A stretch of DNA of 64,000 bases from Alphaproteobacteria bacterium (GTDB lineage: Bacteria; Pseudomonadota; Alphaproteobacteria; JAPYRI01). The DNA lies in assembly GCA_029941135.1 (NCBI GenBank), contig JAPYRI010000001.1, positions 6,275-70,274 of the forward strand, read 5' to 3'. The notes beneath the pieces are model-generated. The model ran no database searches. It saw only the letters and a program-made list of their open reading frames with translations, and was not told the origin of the DNA. Positions 61,707 through 64,000 of the stretch are shown one piece after another (position 1 is the first letter of the stretch; every line of letters starts with the position of its first letter). Position numbers and translations under genes: made by a program.

Positions 61707-62524
61707 GTGCCCCATCGTATTGGGCCTTGCGGCCGTCGGTCACTCGCATATATGCGATGATATTGCGGTACACGTATTTGCTCAAAGGCTCGTGGCCGCG
61801 CATTCTCGAACTGGTCTATTGGCCGACCGTGCAATTGGTGATGTGGGGTTTTATCTCACAGTTTCTGGCATCGACGTCGAGCATCATTGAACAAGCGTTT
61901 GGCTTATTTTTATCGGCGGTGCTGTTGTGGGATGTCCTATTTCGCGGGCAACTCGGGGTGTCGCTGTCGTTCTTTGAGGAAATGTGGTCGCGTAATTTGG
62001 GCCATCTGATGGTGAGCCCGCTGCGGCCGTCCGAGTTCATCGCAGCGCTCCTCACCATGAGCCTCGCGCGCACGTTGATCGGTATGGTACCGGCATCGTT
62101 CTTAGCCTTGTGGTTCTTCGGCTACTCGGTTTATGACCTGGGATTGTCGCTGATCGCCTTTTTCATCAACCTGATTGTCATGGGCTGGGCCATCGGCATC
62201 GCCGTATCGGGCCTTGTCCTGCGCTGGGGGTTGGGGGCGGAAAGCCTTGCTTGGGGGCTGGTGTTCGCGATTTCTCCCCTATGCGGCATCTATTATCCAA
62301 TTGAAGTTATGCCCGCGTGGGTGCACCCCATATCCCATGCCCTGCCCGCGTCCTACGTATTTGAAGGCATGCGCGTCATCTTGTTGGAACATACCGTAAA
62401 GTGGGACCTAATGCTGACCGCTGCTTTACTAAATGGGGTCTATTTGACCGTCGGCGTCGGCATCTACTTCGCGTTTTTGAAATCTGCCCGACGCCGGGGC
62501 TCTTTATTGCAAATGGGCGAGTGA
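61703..62524 (+). CDS. ABC-2 type transporter permease.
   Basis: 273 aa from the ATG at 61703 (MSAPSYWALRP…), six TM segments. The ORF-track start at 61454 lies inside the ATPase gene in another frame. Confidence 0.8.
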   Translation: MSAPSYWALRPSVTRIYAMILRYTYLLKGSWPRILELVYWPTVQLVMWGFISQFLASTSSIIEQAFGLFLSAVLLWDVLFRGQLGVSLSFFEEMWSRNLGHLMVSPLRPSEFIAALLTMSLARTLIGMVPASFLALWFFGYSVYDLGLSLIAFFINLIVMGWAIGIAVSGLVLRWGLGAESLAWGLVFAISPLCGIYYPIEVMPAWVHPISHALPASYVFEGMRVILLEHTVKWDLMLTAALLNGVYLTVGVGIYFAFLKSARRRGSLLQMGE

Positions 62525-63661
62525 CGGCGCGGCGGTTTTTTCGACGAACGCCTTAGGCGCCGCAATCAAACGGGTCTCGCCAATTTTCATCACCCACGTC
62601 TGTTCATCTGCATAGCCCACCGACCTGGCTGCTGTCCGAAATCGTTCCGGGGGTTCAAAGGGCGGCTCGTCGGTCAAAACGATCGTGCCCCAATGCATGG
62701 CGACAATGGTTTCCGCGCCCATGTCCCGACCCAATTGCGCAGCTTCTTCCGGGGTCAGATGGCTCGCGCGCATGATCGGTTGGGGTTCATAAGCGGCAAT
62801 GGGAATGAGCGCCGTATGGATAGGGCCGAAACGTGCCCCCATGTCCTTAAACACCGGCCCATAACCGGTGTCGCCAGCAAAATAGAGCCGACGGCCTTCG
62901 GCTTCGAGTATGTAACCGCTCCACAATACTTCGTTGAAATCGGTGATCCCACGCCGGCAAAAATGAACCGCCGGCACACTCGTGACGTTAAGCCCGTCCA
63001 AAGCTTGTTCTTGGTACCAATCCAGATCGTAGACATGCGTGTATCCGCGTTCGCGGAAAAAATCTCCGATGCCCAGCGGCGCAAATACAGTGATTCGATC
63101 CTTATTGGGCAGAGCTTCCACGGTGCGTGCGTCCAAGTGATCATAATGGTTGTGCGACACAATAATCGCATCAATGGGGGGCAAGTTTTGGATAGAGATC
63201 GCTGGTGGTACGTACCGCTCCGGCCCAAACCAATCGACCGGACTAGCACGGGCCGTCAAAAACGGATCCGTCAAAATTGTTTTCCGTCCCATGCGCACAA
63301 GAAATGCCGCATGGCCTAGCCAAGTTATAGAATCATCTTTCGCATGGGCGTTGAACTGCGCCAGCGCCGTTTGTTCGTCAAGCACATGTCCATCGGGAAC
63401 AATCGGGTCCGGGCCGCCGACCACAATACGGCGGGCCAAAAAGGGAATGAAATCTTTAAGGACACTTGCCGTGCGCGGCGGACTGCCCGGTGGATTGCGA
63501 AACCCACCCTCCACGTGATGCCATGGTTTGCCCGGGACTTGTTCGGTGTCGCTGCTGGCACAGGATTGAATGGCCAAGACCAAAATCGCCAAAACAGCAA
63601 GCCCAAGACCTCCGCGCAGGACAAATACGGGTTGGCTTTTTCCAGAACTAGATAATCTCAT
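62504..63661 (-). CDS. MBL-fold metallo-hydrolase (NAPE-PLD-like Zn-dependent hydrolase), secreted or lipoprotein.
   Basis: 385 aa. Signal peptide followed by Cys (…LAIQSCASS…), the HxHxDH motif (VSHNHYDHLD) and downstream His/Asp ligands. Confidence 0.7.
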   Translation of the reverse strand: MRLSSSGKSQPVFVLRGGLGLAVLAILVLAIQSCASSDTEQVPGKPWHHVEGGFRNPPGSPPRTASVLKDFIPFLARRIVVGGPDPIVPDGHVLDEQTALAQFNAHAKDDSITWLGHAAFLVRMGRKTILTDPFLTARASPVDWFGPERYVPPAISIQNLPPIDAIIVSHNHYDHLDARTVEALPNKDRITVFAPLGIGDFFRERGYTHVYDLDWYQEQALDGLNVTSVPAVHFCRRGITDFNEVLWSGYILEAEGRRLYFAGDTGYGPVFKDMGARFGPIHTALIPIAAYEPQPIMRASHLTPEEAAQLGRDMGAETIVAMHWGTIVLTDEPPFEPPERFRTAARSVGYADEQTWVMKIGETRLIAAPKAFVEKTAAPSLAHLQ

Positions 63662-63766
63662 GTCGCAACCTCGATACGGTAATCGCCCGCCTGCCTACTG
63701 GCCTTCCGGGCGGCGTCTCTCTATATACAGGCAACCGCAATCTACCTATTTGGAACGCTTACGCCT

Positions 63767-64000
63767 ATGTCGCAAATCACCAGATGGCATTTTGTCCGCC
63801 ACGCACCCGTTGTCAATTCGGATGGGGAAGCCGCGTTTTATAAATCCAACGATGAGCCCTCGGACGTGTCCGACACCGAAGCCTTTAAGGGCCTCGCCCG
63901 GCACTTGCCGAAAGACGCCGTGTGGTTGCGCAGCCACTTGCAGCGGACCAAACAAACCGCTGACGCAATTCGCGCCGCCGGGCTTGATTTTCCGGAGCCG
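63767..64000 (+). CDS. Histidine-phosphatase-superfamily (phosphoglycerate-mutase-like) protein, N-terminal fragment truncated by the window edge.
   Basis: Starts MSQITRWHFVRHAPV…, matching the RHG-type catalytic motif position. It runs off the right end of the window. Confidence 0.45.
   Translation, partial: MSQITRWHFVRHAPVVNSDGEAAFYKSNDEPSDVSDTEAFKGLARHLPKDAVWLRSHLQRTKQTADAIRAAGLDFPEP

Overview
This 64-kb window is a GC-rich (about 60%) alphaproteobacterial chromosomal segment. The lineage call rests on GcrA, the ChvI/ChvG-HprK-EIIA-HPr cluster, class-I LysRS and the CIRCE-controlled groESL operons. Genes are densely packed and mostly housekeeping or metabolic. I found no transposase, integrase, CRISPR array or prophage genes.

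Main content, left to right:
- ahcY (partial), arsC, an Fe3+ ABC substrate-binding protein, pyrD, class-I lysK, and a 920-aa DinG-family helicase.
- purU, translationally coupled to a NitT/TauT-type ABC transporter.
- A complete pqqABCDE operon, including a 25-aa pqqA missing from the ORF track. Next to it sit a MoxJ/XoxJ-like periplasmic protein, a small cytochrome c and tRNA-Gly(CCC).
- Two diverged groES-groEL operons in inverted orientation, each with a CIRCE operator. Between them lie a TetR-hydrolase pair, ChaC, a CMD-family protein, SRPBCC, two tandem paralogous methyltransferase-fold genes, speE/AdoMetDC and a VOC protein.
- Malyl-CoA lyase, nitronate monooxygenase and two tandem LLM oxidoreductases, directly downstream of a paaABCDE oxygenase cluster with paaX. 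A third LLM gene is followed by a radical-SAM/Cys-rich (ArsS/TIGR04167-like) gene.
- A candidate SAM-II riboswitch in front of metZ, then apaG, folE, trkH, hslO, argF-argD and gcrA.
- A frameshifted PAS-PAS signalling gene that retains only the tail of an EAL domain.
- pckA, a HugZ-like gene, chvI-chvG-hprK-rapZ-EIIA(Man)-HPr, hldD-hldE, an ABC-2 exporter pair, an MBL-fold hydrolase and a partial histidine phosphatase.

Most worth follow-up:
- The paa oxygenase plus LLM cluster, which lacks the rest of the paa pathway.
- The radical-SAM/Cys-rich gene with its LLM neighbour.
- The duplicated methyltransferase-fold genes with a degenerate SAM motif.
- The orphan xoxG/xoxJ-like pair beside the pqq operon.
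- The degraded PAS/EAL signalling gene.
- Several unannotated regulatory elements: CIRCE x2, a candidate SAM-II riboswitch, the pqqA attenuator, a paaA palindrome and direct repeats in divergent promoters.
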